A stretch of 64,000 nt of DNA from Naegleria gruberi (Eukaryota). Positions 9,482 to 22,300 of the stretch are shown here, piece by piece. How positions within the stretch are numbered: position 1 is the stretch's first letter; the number at the start of each line of letters is the position of its first letter. The position numbers and the translations under genes were made by a program. The notes under the pieces are model-generated. The model had not been told where the DNA came from, did not search any database, and was given only the letters and a program-made list of their open reading frames with translations. The DNA is taken from NCBI GenBank assembly GCA_000004985.1, contig GG738891.1; one strand, 5' to 3'.

Positions 9482-10178
9482 ACACATGTTGATCTTTGTT
9501 GACAGAGAACGTCTCAAAGTTGTCAGTATCAAAAACTACGTCAATGCCTACTTATTCATCAAGAGTGGTGGCTTGAATCACATCAATGCTGATTATCAAG
9601 GTCCACTCACTTCCTCAGTTGACCAAAGAACTCACATGAACAATACAGATCCAGGAGAACCATTCAATTTCTCTCAATTAACCAAAAGACAATTATCCAA
9701 CACTACCCAACCACTCTCATTCTTTGCTCAAAACATGTTCCAACCAATTCCTCGTCCAAAAACCATCTACGGTTACACTCAATCCATGAAAGCAGCTAAT
9801 GGAATGTATCTCTGCTCTGAAAATGGAAGAGTCATTGCGAATCGTCCAGTAGTTGGTCCATGGGAGAATTTCTTCTTTCACTCAGATACAGAATGGTCCA
9901 GTGATTGGAATTCTTATTGTGCATTGAGAACTCATTGGAATACTCTGTTGTGTTGTGAGATGGATAATTCAATTATTGATAATAGAACTGTTGCTGGACC
10001 GTGGGAGAGGTTTACTGTGGAGATTCCTCCTGGGGCTGGTGGTGGCATTAGTTGTTACAAGTCGTGGACTGGACATTATTTGACAGCTGATGCTTCTGGA
10101 AATGTTTCGTTCAGTGCAACTAGTATTGGTCCAAATGAAACATGGATTTGTAAAGTACTTAATGTTCTATATCTTTAA
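9482..10178 (+). CDS. Exon 3, carrying fascin-like beta-trefoil repeats.
   Basis: Acceptor AG at 9480-9481 restores AG+A=Arg. Three repeats of G.YL..E..G.V.AN....GPWE.F (GMYLCSENGRVIANRPVVGPWENFFF, NTLLCCEMDNSIIDNRTVAGPWERFTV and GHYLTADASGNVSFSATSIGPNETW). Confidence 0.55.
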
Positions 10179-10271
10179 AAAGTTTAATTGTAATGTAAAT
10201 ATAAATGATTTATTTTTCTTGAATGTAAACTATTTCTGTAATCACGTTTCGTTTTCTTTCATTCCAAAAAA

Positions 10272-11870
10272 ATGTCAAAAGAATGTGCAGTGGCTGATCG
10301 CGAATATTATGAAGAATCTCAACCACCAACAGTGCTAAATAATCAAAATAATGCAAAGAAACTAGACGAAAGCTTTCCACCAGTTGAATATCACGAAAAT
10401 TCATTAAATTCTTTAACACCCGATTACATTTACCTTGACGAGAACAATATCGAAAAGGATTTAATCTGTTCTCTCTGCTACCATCCCTTCATTGATCCAA
10501 TTATGCACTCAACATGTGAAAATATGTTCTGCTCCTCTTGTGTTAAAAAAGTTATTGGAAACAAGTGTCCCCTATGTAAAGGAGAGAATTTCACATCAAA
10601 TTGCTCATCTGTTCCTCGATTCGTCACCAACAAGTTGCTACAATTGAAAGTGGAATGTTCCATGTGTAAGGGAGCAGTTGCAAGAGGTGATTTGAAAGAT
10701 CATCAGGAAAAATATTGTCCTCTTCATGATGCCTATCAACAGGTGACTAAATTGAAGGAGAAACTGGAAGAGGAATGCAAGGAGAAGAAGGATGAGTTGG
10801 GAAGAAAGTTGGAAGAATTATCTGAAAGTTTAAATCTCGAATGGAGTCAAAAGAAGGATGAGTTGACCAGAGAATTTGAATCGAAAGAGGAGGAACTGCA
10901 TGAACGAATTGAATTATTTGAGAATCAAATATTGGCAAGGGAAAAACTTGAGAATGTGAACAAACCTATTCATTTAAATGTTGGTGGGACTATTCTTACA
11001 GTTTCTTTGGGAACATTTATTCATAATGAAAGAGAATCAGATAATTTATTTAAAAAAATGTTCACAGGTGAATATCCATGCTATCAAACACCTTCAAAAC
11101 AGTTTGAAGAGCCTGTGTATTATGTTGATTGTGATCCAATGATTTTCAGATACATCTTAGGATGGTTACAATATGGAAAGAACTCAATTGGGCCAAGTTT
11201 GAGTTTATCTGACATTCTTCTAGCTTGTAAGAAGTTTAGTTTAGATAATCTAGCTGTTAAATTAACCAAATCTGAATACTTTTATGAGATTTCTCAACTA
11301 GAATTCTTCAAAATGAAGAATAGCTCTCCATCCATAATTTTAAACAAATTTGACATGACTAATTTAATGTTAAGAGGTATGGATCTACAAAAATCCTCAA
11401 TTTCACTTTCACTTTTCAGGGGAATGGATTTGAGTGGAGTGAATTTTTCCAATTCTAATTTGAATGGATGTAACTTTAGTGGTTGTATCTTGGATGGAAC
11501 TAATTTTTCAAAATCCAACTTGTCAAATGCAAACATTCAAATAAGTTCATCTTGTAATTTCACTAACTGTGATTTTTCTGGTTGCTTGATTGACAAGTCA
11601 AATTTGAACAATCTTTCATTTTCAGGATCCAGTTTTAAAGAAACCAAGTTTGTGGAATTGTGTAATTTGATTGAGAATGTGACACTGAGCAAGTGCACAA
11701 TTTACAAAGTTTACTTAAATGGAAAGACGTTTAATAGAGTTGACTTTAGTGAAACATCTTTTAAAGATTGCAAGTTTGCAGATTGTACCTTCAAGAACTG
11801 TAACTTTTCAGAGACTCAATGGAAGACAAGCAAAGTAGAGCGATGTAATTTTCTGGAATGCATTCAGTAA
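10272..11870 (+). CDS. RING/TRAF-type zinc finger, coiled coil, BTB/POZ (T1/KCTD-like) and pentapeptide-repeat protein, with KCTD9-like architecture.
   Basis: The start is set by the track ORF, which opens MSKECAV with ATG+TCA at 10272-10277; the written context is aaaaaaATGTCA. Motifs: C.LC....DP.....C...FC..C......KCPLC; a KLKEKLEEE coiled coil; IHLNVGGTILTVSLGTF...VYYVDCDPMIFRYILGWLQYG (BTB/T1); then pentapeptide-like repeats (NLSNANIQISSSCNFTNCDFSGCLIDKSNLNNLSFSGSSF...). Confidence 0.6.
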   Translation: MSKECAVADREYYEESQPPTVLNNQNNAKKLDESFPPVEYHENSLNSLTPDYIYLDENNIEKDLICSLCYHPFIDPIMHSTCENMFCSSCVKKVIGNKCPLCKGENFTSNCSSVPRFVTNKLLQLKVECSMCKGAVARGDLKDHQEKYCPLHDAYQQVTKLKEKLEEECKEKKDELGRKLEELSESLNLEWSQKKDELTREFESKEEELHERIELFENQILAREKLENVNKPIHLNVGGTILTVSLGTFIHNERESDNLFKKMFTGEYPCYQTPSKQFEEPVYYVDCDPMIFRYILGWLQYGKNSIGPSLSLSDILLACKKFSLDNLAVKLTKSEYFYEISQLEFFKMKNSSPSIILNKFDMTNLMLRGMDLQKSSISLSLFRGMDLSGVNFSNSNLNGCNFSGCILDGTNFSKSNLSNANIQISSSCNFTNCDFSGCLIDKSNLNNLSFSGSSFKETKFVELCNLIENVTLSKCTIYKVYLNGKTFNRVDFSETSFKDCKFADCTFKNCNFSETQWKTSKVERCNFLECIQ

Positions 11871-12460
11871 ATTGGCAAATGCAACTTCAAACAAGTTAAC
11901 CAATCTGATTGCCAATTTAAAAATTGTGCTCCAGAAGTTGTTGGACAATTCAAATCCATCACCATTACAGACAGCTCTATTTGGAAAGATATTTGTTCTA
12001 GTATTGGATTGCTTGGATTAAAACTTATTTATCGTGGAACAGTTCATGGTTTTAGTGCTTCTTCCTTCCACTCCAATTGCGATAATCAAGGACCAACCTT
12101 GACCATCATTAAATCTGAAAATGATCAAATATTTGGAGGATTTACCATTAATAATTGGAAATCGATAGAATCAAAACAGGAGCAAGATAAAAATGCATTT
12201 CTTTTCAAAATTGAAAATAGAAAATTTAACAGATTCAATATCAAACCAGAGAGGATAGATTTCGCCACATATAGCAGATTCAACAGAATGGAATTTCCAT
12301 TGACACGAATTGTAATGTGAATAATAATTCATATGCTGACTTTGGAAATACTTATCAGCTCCCTAGTGGAATGATTCGTGGAGAGGTCTCGAAAAGATAT
12401 TTGGCAGAAAGTGAGAAATTCAAAGTTGAAGAAATTGAGGTTTTCAAGTTGCTTTTAAAT
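11871..12460 (+). pseudogene. In-frame continuation encoding more pentapeptide repeats and a TLDc domain. It is separated from the upstream CDS by a single TAA and carries a +1 frameshift near 12318. Either a disrupted C-terminal part of the same gene or a sequencing error.
   Basis: Same frame as 10272..11870. LIYRGTVHGFSASSFHSNCDNQGPTLTIIKSENDQIFGGFTINNW matches the TLDc core (LLYR.S.DGFS...FH..CD.KGPT...IK...G..FGG.T...W). After the frameshift, NCNVNNNSYADFGNTYQ...FKVEEIEVF matches the TLDc C-terminus. Confidence 0.4.
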
Positions 12461-12820
12461 TGAAATCTGAATCACTTAAGGGAAATCTTTAAATTTTGAT
12501 GTGGTCTTCTGGAAAATATATTCTGGCTTTCATTTTTATTTTTAATAACCTAAATTTAGAAAACTCATTTCTATTATTAGACTCTTGTAATAAATATAGA
12601 TCTCTAAAAATTCTAAAAATAATTATAATATTTTTAGAATCAAAAAACTAAAAATATATTTTCTATTAATATTATGTTAAAAATAATCACCACACTCAAC
12701 AACAAATCATCATGGGAATAATATCTTGCGGAGTGTTTCACGACCCAATTTTTTAAACAATAAACACATCATCTCAACACACAATAAAAATCACAAGATT
12801 TTTCGGAATAAGTTATGATT

Positions 12821-12947
12821 ATTAGACCCTTTATACTCAGGTAAACAATTACTTTCAAATACGAGTAAAGACAATTCTTTTGAATGGACTGTAAAAAAAT
12901 TTTTTACAGAAACCTCTTATAACGTTCAAGAGTAAAGTAAACTTGAA
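12821..12947. repeat. Left arm of an imperfect foldback inverted repeat.
   Basis: agaccctttata and cctcttataacgttcaagagtaaagtaaacttgaaaa are mirrored as reverse complements at 13166-13300. Confidence 0.45.
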
Positions 12948-13165
12948 AAAATTAATTTTATTGAAAATGGTTGGTTTTGTCATCATGATCGGAATCAGTT
13001 GTTGCACAAAACATCTCTCAAACTTATTCATAATCATCAATGCCATTCTGCTGAAGCAGATGATGAAATATTGTAACACGATAATATAGCCTATCACAAA
13101 TTATTGTGATTGTTCTTTTCATGATGAAGAAACCTTTAGAGATGGACTAGCTTTGACATTTTTTT

Positions 13166-13300
13166 TGTTGTTGTTTTCAAGTTTACTTTACTTTACTCTG
13201 AACGTTATAAGAGGACTCTTGAAAATAAAATTTTTTTTAATTACTGTTCAATTCAAGCCCACCACTATAAAGGGTCTATTGTAATACTCAGTCCATTTTA
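13166..13300. repeat. Right arm of the foldback inverted repeat.
   Basis: ttttcaagtttactttactttactctgaacgttataagagg and tataaagggtct are reverse complements of the left-arm segments. Confidence 0.45.
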
Positions 13301-13325
13301 TAAGAATATAAAATATTTATTATTA

Positions 13326-16300
13326 TTATTCAAATACCAATCTCAAATCAATTTGCACTGCAGATGGAATTTCTTCTTCCTTCTTCTTCTTTCTGAATAA
13401 TTTTCTAACAGATTCCGATGAAAAATTGGACAAGACCGATATGAAGGAATGTCTAGAATTTGTTGTTGAGTTTCCATCATCATCATCACCTCCTCCTCTG
13501 CCTACGCCTTTGCCTCCTCTCACAACAGTCACTGCTCCTTCTGAATTATGATCATCACCATCATCATTATCATGACTAATTGTGATGTTGTTGCTATGAT
13601 TTGAATGTGTATCCTCCTCTCCCCTTGTTGAAGGAGTTTCTCTTGGAGTTGGTGGAAGATAAATTGTTTCTCCCTCCACAATAGGATGATCTTCATTATA
13701 TATTATTGTTGTTGTACTCGTATTATTAATAGTATTATTTAAATTAATGATAGGAACAACAGGATGAGGATGAGGATTAAAAGGCTCGATATGAAGATGA
13801 GGTTTTTCATCATCACCATTATCACTTTCTACATCGACATCAATTGCTGTTGTCATTGAAAGTGCTCTTCTTCTTCTATTCCGATGATGACGAAGAATGC
13901 TCGATTTACCACAACAATAACAACACCACCAACAGCAACAACAAAACTGCAGGCAAGGAATGGCTAGACAACATAATTCTCCATAGAAACAATAGTAGGC
14001 ATAGCAACCAATTGTTACAGAGCAACACAAAACCATAGCACCAACCACCACAGCAATGATAATGCCTATTAACATACTCTGATCATCTATATAAATCTTC
14101 TTTTGGACAATGAAGAGATTGAGTGTGGAGGAGACAAGATTGGTCATGTTGAAAGTGACAGAACATTTGCAGGTTGCCATTGTTGAATTGATAATTGTAA
14201 CTATGCAATTTGGATTATCTTCGATGGATAGTGTACTGATTGAGATTGAGGCACATGAATATGATGTATTGACCTCTTTGAAGAACAATTGACCCAAATT
14301 ACTGTCATCTTGAGTAGTAGTAGTATTCTCTAGCAGTGGAATATGGAATTCCAAGTCAATTATGGAAGATGATTTCAATAAGGCAACATCCAAATCACCA
14401 AAACCAAAAGCAATAATTTTAGATTGGAGAGAGGACTTTCTTCTAACTTTCTCAGAGAGAGTTTCTACTTTTGAGGCTAAATAATCACCAATGGAGAATA
14501 TATCATCCACCACAAGGAATGCTTGAAGGAATGGTTTGCTGGAATGTGTGGCCTTAATAGTATTATTTAACTGTACTTTGACACTTGTCAATGTTGAAGG
14601 TTCTATCAACAGCTGATGATTCGAATAGTCGTATAACCACACCAGTTCCATCACTCTTCTATAGAATGCTGCCTTCTTAAAGACTTTTGTTCTTGTCTTT
14701 GGTTGACTTCTGGCTTCTAGATGGGAGGTAAACTTGAGAGTTGTAAATAATTGTTGTGCATTTGAAGCTTGTTTGGTAAAGAATCGTTTCTCAAGGATGA
14801 ATTGGAAGGCAGAATCAATGACAGAGTCCAAACAAAAGTCAACACCCACTGGAAGTTTCAAGCTTTCATCAGCAATCACCTTAACAAGATATTTGACAAG
14901 TTGGGATAGAGCTTCTGATACTGTATTTGTATCAAGATGTTTGAAGTTATACAGAATCGAGTCTACAGTAAATGCAGCTATGGAAATGAGTTGATTATCC
15001 ATCATTATTTCTGTACCATTTGCTAACATTCTCAATAGTTGTAGATTCTTGTTTTGATATTCTGCAAAATCCTTGATGGTATTTTCACAAGCAACCCCAA
15101 CAAAACCTTCCCTACACATACAGGTATCCTTTTTCAAAATTCCACCATTCTTACATGTGAGACTTCTTGTCAATGACCTAGTATTTTCATATATTGAAAT
15201 TGGTTCAATTTTTGTGATGGCTCTATTCAGAAGGGCAGTAGAAGTTCTAGATATGGCTGCTGATTGATAGAGTGATCCCAATAGCGACTCTTCTTTTGCC
15301 TGTTTAATCCATTGTTGAGCTAAAACTTGTACTTGTGAAAAGGTTGAATATGAGCGAGTTTGAATGCTTACATTCATTGATTCTATAGTTGATGCTTGTG
15401 TGGCTGTATTGATTACCTCAAAGAAACATGTAACTGTCTCACCAATGAATGCTGTAGGAAGTTGTTTCGAATAGCCAACATCAATATTATGCATGTAAAT
15501 TTTTACACCAGACCTATCATCAATGAAACCATATCTGTAATCTAAATGATCTTCTTCACTTTTACAATTCATGCAAATGAATTCAAATTCTGTTTCTACT
15601 GCAAAACCATTCAAAGGAGTAATGGTACAATAACACATTGGAGGAGGGGAGGCAACACTGAAACTGTACTGAATCAATGAAGCAACATTTGCATTTGGAT
15701 CATAAGCTGACAGAGTAATAATATTATTGGAGCCAGCATTTAACAAACTTGGATCAATATTAATGTAATCTGAACTTGTGGAACCAACAATAACATTATT
15801 AACAATTACCGTATAATTGGTAATTAAAGATGTTCCAGGAATGAGAGAGGTCTGTAATGTTAGAGTATCACTAACAAGAAAGTATTCCTTCTTTGGGTAA
15901 ACATTAATAATGTTAATTATTGGTGGAATATACGTAAAATGGATAGTAGTCGATTTATGAATACTTCTTCCATCAGATTTAGTAACTTTAAGATCTAGTT
16001 CTAGTGATAGTGGAGGAACGGGGAAAAGAGCTGCATCAATTTTGAAGTTCGTTGACTTTTCTGAGGATAGTACTGAGAGAAACTCTAATAAGAGCTCATT
16101 GACGTTATTGTCCAAGCATGTCCATTCCCACACTTCTGTAGAGTATGCGTTGTAAACCATTTCAGGATCTGTATAATCTACATTAATTATGGTATAATTG
16201 GGTTGTGCATCAAAAGTAATTAAGTTCAAGTATAGATCTGGAGGTTTGGTGATTAAGGTTACAACTGAAACATCTTTGATGTTAGGATTGGATGGATAGT

Positions 16301-19300
16301 AGACAGATACTTGGAATTTATAGATCTGGTAACCAAATGTTTCTAAAGAGACGTAGAGGTCAGAGTATTTATCCATACTGTATCTGATTTTTGGTCCACT
16401 CAATTGAGTCCATTCAATGATTGAATTTTCTGATTTGCATGAAGATTCTGACACTATTTTCTTGATGGTAATAGGAAATTGAGTAGTTACTTTTTCAATA
16501 GTTGTTTGTGGAACATATAATGCTGGAAGAGGGCTTTCTGCTTTTGAAAATATGGAAGAATATACAGTTGAGCTATTTACAATATTTCCCACCACAAGAG
16601 AAACTAAATATTTTCCTTGTGGAAGGGTTGAATCTAGCTTAATTAATGGAGTATTGGGGAAATTGAATGGAATAATTTGGAACACATGGTCTGTCTCATT
16701 GAACAAGGTCCAGTAATAGTCAAGTGGTGTATTATTTGGAGATATACTGAGCGAGCCATCAATGATAATCTCATCACAGGAGCTATAGAATTCTGAGAGT
16801 AGATTTATGGATGCTGTTGGAGCGATAACTTTTTCATTTTCACACCAAATGCCATAATATCCATTCTCACATTGGCATTGATTGTAATCTATGCATACAC
16901 CTCTTCCAGAACAAACATTAGAATCATTCGAAAGTAGAGAATCACATCGTGTCAACTCACAATTCACACCAACATGATTACTGGTGCATGTACAATTATC
17001 AAAGCTTGAACAATTACCACGATTTGAACACACCAAAGGATTGGTATTATTCAGACCGAAACAAGAGTATTGTTCACAACTTTCACCGAAATAGCCGTCA
17101 GAGCATTGGCAAGTATCCAAATCAATGCAATTACCCTTTCCAGAGCAAACAGTTTCTTTTTCACTTGATGAAATGTTGAAACATGTGGTCAACTCACAAT
17201 TAGCTCCATGATACTTTTCTCCACATGTACAATTATTGTAGGATGAGCAAAATCCTCTACCAGAACAAACCTTTGAATCGGCATGCTCTGTTCCATTACA
17301 ATCAAAATAATTACATAGATCTCCATAAGTTCCTAATTGACAAGAGCACTTATTCACATCAATACATTGGCCATTTCCAGAACACACTGTCGAGTTGTCT
17401 TTTTCAATACCAAAGCATGAAAATTCTTTACATTCCACACCAGTATATCCTGAACGACATTTACAATCATCAAAATCAACACATTCACCTCTTCCTGAAC
17501 AAACATTTTGAGTTTCATTGCTCAAAACACCAAAACAACTTGTCACTGAACAATCTAATCCGAAATAATGTGATACACATTCGCACTCATCTGTTTCAGT
17601 ACAACTTCCGTGCCCAGAGCAAACTCTGGAATCAGTTCTATTCATTCCATAACAAGAATAATATTGGCAGTTGTCTCCGTAATATCCTTCAGAACAATTG
17701 CATTGATTGAATCGATAGCAATTTCCTTTTCCAGAGCAAACTTGAGGATTTGATGAAGATACATTGAAACACACATAAGATTCACATTCTTCTCCATGAT
17801 ATCCATGCTCACATGAGCAATTATTAGGAGAAACGCATTGACCATGACCTGAACAAGCCAATGGTTCTGAATGTTGCACATTAAAACATGAGAAATTGTC
17901 ACATTCCTTTCCATAGTAACCAGATACACATGTGCAATTATCAAAATCAACACATTCACCTCTTCCAGAACAAACACTTGAAGAATTGGAAAGTTTGGAG
18001 AAGCAAGTAGTGATGGAACAGTTCAAATCCATATAGTTCTCATCACATTGGCATTGATCCAAGCTGGAACAAGTTCCTCTTCCAGAACAAACATTGGAAT
18101 CTGAAGAATTGAATCCAAAACATGTGTAAAGTTCACAAAATTCACCAAAATATCCATATTCACATTGGCAATTATTAAATGTTTCACATGAACCATGCTT
18201 GGAACAAACTGAGCTATTGGAAGATGAAATTCCATCACAAGTAGTTTCTTGACAGAATGAACCAAAGTAATGTTCTACACATTCGCATGTGTCATGTTGC
18301 TTGCATTCACCACGTCCATTACAAACTCTTGAATCATTACTTAATAATCCCTCACAGGATGTCACTTGACATTTATCACCCCACCAATTGTTTGAGCAGT
18401 GACATGTATCGGGTCCAACACATATTCCATTTCCAGAACATGATATGTTTAAAGTTTTCGATTCATTAAAACATGAAAATTCGTCACAATTTGATCCAAA
18501 ATAATCAATTTCACATTGACATAAATTAAAATCAATGCATTGACCATGTGAGGAACAAACTAGATTGGTTTGATTCGATGGGATGGAAGCACAGGTGGTG
18601 AGTTGACATTCTTCTCCGAAATAGTTTGGTAGACAAAAGCATTCGTCAAGTTTCGAACAATTTCCTCTTCCAGAACAAACACTTTTGGTTTCAGTATGAT
18701 TAATTCCAAAGCAAGCATAATTTTCACAATCCATGCCTGAATAACCATTCTCACATTCGCAAATTTCAGATTTTAAGCATTTTCCGTGTTTGGAACAAAC
18801 TGAACTATTTAAATGCTCAATTCCATTACAATAAAATTCTTCACAATTTGATCCAAAATAACCAGTATTACAAGTGCAATTGTTAAAATCATTACAGTTA
18901 CCATTTTTGGTACAAACAGTCGAGTCATTTGACATTATTCCAAAACAAGAGGTTACGTCACATGCCAATCCAAAGTAATTTTCTTGACATTCACAATTTC
19001 CAAAATCTGAACAATTTCCTCTTCCTGAACAAACTAACACATCATTTTGAGTAATATTGTTACATGTGTAATATTGACATTCATCACCAAAATATCCAAA
19101 TTTACAAGAACAAGTATTGTAATCAATACATTTTCCTTTTCCAGAACAAGCTCGTGAACTGGAAGATATTTCAGCACCACAACTTGTCAATTGACAATAA
19201 TCTCCAAAATAGTGAGCTTGACATTTACAATTATTGTAAGAAGTACAATTTCCTTTTTGGGAACAAACAACAGAAGAATTGGTATTGTTAATGCCATTAC

Positions 19301-22300
19301 AAGTATAATATTGGCATTCTTCTCCGAAATATCCATCATTACAACGACATGAATTGTAATCAATACATTGGCCGTTAGAGGAACAAGCAGTTTCGTTTTG
19401 GTTGGAATATTCGAAACATTCGAATATCTCACAATTGAAGCCCCTGTAATTAAGCGAGCAGTTACATTGATTGTAATCAATGCAATTACCCTTTGATGAG
19501 CAGACTGTTGAATTTAGAGATGATACTGAGCTACATGTGGTCAACTCACAATTTTTTCCAAAATAATTTTCTTCACAAGTACAATTATCGAAACTTGAGC
19601 ATTTTCCTCGAGAAGAGCAAACTTTAAAATCGACATTTGATATTCCATGACATGAAAAATATTGACATTCGTCTCCAGAATATTCATCATTTTCACAAGC
19701 GCAATTATTAAAGGAAGTACATTTGCCGAAACCAGAACAAACTGAAGAGTTATAAGATTCAATTCCATTACAAGTGGTAATTTCACAACTCAATCCAAAA
19801 TAATTCATTTCACATTGACAGGTGTCAAAATCAACACAAGCTCCATAACCAGTACAAACCAAACTGTCATTACTCAATATTCCATTACAACTTGTCACTT
19901 GACACATTGATCCAAACATATTTTCCTTACATTCACAAGTATTTACATCAAGACATTTGCCACGACCAGAACATGACAAGTTGGAGAATTTGGAAATTTC
20001 AAAACAATTGAAATTTTCACATGAATCTCCATAATAATCAGCTGTGCAATTACAAGTATTGTAATCTATACATGTTCCCTTTGATGAGCAAACAGAACTT
20101 TCATTGGATTGAATATTATTACAAGTGGTCAATTCGCAATTATTTCCAAAATAGGAATCAATACAGGTGCAATTATCAAAACTCGAACATTTTCCTTTTG
20201 AAGAACAAACAGATTCCAAAGTATTGTTCACATTGAAACAAGTATAAAATTGACAATCATTTCCAAAGTATCCTTCGTCACATTCGCAATTCTCAAAACT
20301 TTTACAATGACCTCTTGATGAGCAAACTGAGGAATTGTAATGTTCAATGCCATTACAGTTAAATAATTCACAATTGGTTCCATAATATCCTTCATTGCAT
20401 TCGCAGAAATCAAAATCTGTGCAATTTCCTTTTCCAGAACAAACATTAGTTTCGTTTGAAAGTGTTGAATTACAACTGGTCAATTGACATTCATCTCCTA
20501 AATAATTAAGGAAACATGAACAATTATTTGTTGAATAGCATTCTCCACGTGAATGACAAACAGATGAGTTGATATTCAAAATGTCAAAACATTTGAATTC
20601 AGAACAATCAGAACCAAATGAATTTTCAAAACATTGACAGGTGTCAAATTGTGAACAAACTCCATTTCCAGAACATGTCAAATCTGTTACATTGGATGGA
20701 ACTCCAAAACATACAGTAACTTGGCAGAATTGACCAAAATAATTTTCAGTGCAATTACAACTATCTGTTTCAATACAATTACCACGTCCTGAACAAACAA
20801 TTGATTCATTACTCAATGTTCCATTACATTTGTATAATGAACAGTCAGCTCCGTAAGCATCTGGTTGACATTGACAGGAATTCACATCAGAACATTTGCC
20901 TCTGCCAGAACAAACTAATTGTGATTGATTTGAAGGAATGGAAAAACAATCAGTCACTTGACAATAATCTCCATAATATCCATCTCTGCATGAACATTGA
21001 TTTGGTGATAGACATTCTCCTCTTCCAGAACAAGTAATTGTTTCATTACTAAAAATGGAATTACATATTGTAACTGAACAATTCAGTCCAAAGTAATTAA
21101 AATCACATTCACACAAATCTGTTTCTGAACAAATACCATGTCCAGAACAAACCAAAGATTCACTATTATTCAAACCAAAGCAAGTGTGGAATTGACAATT
21201 CTCTCCATAATATCCCTCAGAACAATTACAATGATTGTAAGAAGAACAATCACCTTTTCCAGAACAAACACTGTTATTGGTCATATCAAGTCCAAAACAA
21301 GATGTTCTCTCACAAAATTCACCATAGTATCCATCCGTACAATTACAAATATCTTTTGCAACACAATTTCCATTGGAATTACAAACACTTGTCAAATTAC
21401 CAAAAGTTCCATTACATTTGGATATGGAACAATCCTCACCAAATGCATCTGGAAGACAAATACATGAATCTATATCTGAACAATTGCCTCTTCCTGAACA
21501 AACTGTAGAGTCCAAGTTGAGTGTGCCAAGACATGAGAATTGAGAACAAGTTATTCCTGAATAACCTGGTTTACAAGTACAATTATTGAAAGAAGAACAT
21601 AAACCGTGAGAGGAGCATACTTGAGTGAAATTGGAAACAATATTTTCACAAGTCGTGAGCTGGCAGAATGGACCAAAATAATTTGCCGTGCAATTACAGA
21701 TATCTGGATTAATACACGAGCCACTTCCGCTACAAACAAGGGAATCATTACTTGGAATACCATTGCACAATGTAAATTCACAATTTGTTCCATAAATTTG
21801 AGAATTATTGCAATGACAATTGTTAACATCTGAACAAACGCCCCTTGAGGAACAAACTGATGAGGAATTTCTGTTAAATCCAAAGCAATCATATTCTTGA
21901 CAGTCAGATCCATAGTATCCTTCCTCACATTCACAATTATTGTATTGAGTACAATTACCGCGACCTGAACAAACAATTGTGGAATTTGAAACGATATTTG
22001 AACACGTTGTGAACTGACACCATTCACCAAAGTAATGTTTGGAACAGTTGCAAACTTTGAAATCGGTACAAATACCATTCTTTGAACAGACTAATGAATC
22101 ATTTGCAGTAATATTGTTACAATATGGAATTTCACAATTCAATCCAGTATAACCATATTTGGAATCACAATTACAATTATTATATGAATCACAACTTCCA
22201 TGTCTACTACAAACACGTTGATCATTAGATCCAAAACCATAACATGTTGTAAAATCACAAAAAGTTCCAGCATAATTCAAGTCACATTCACAAACGTCCA

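Noticed and set aside
12855-13097. 80-aa ORF inside the spacer of the foldback element.
   Set aside because: It is AT-rich and low-complexity, lies between the inverted-repeat arms, and has no start context.
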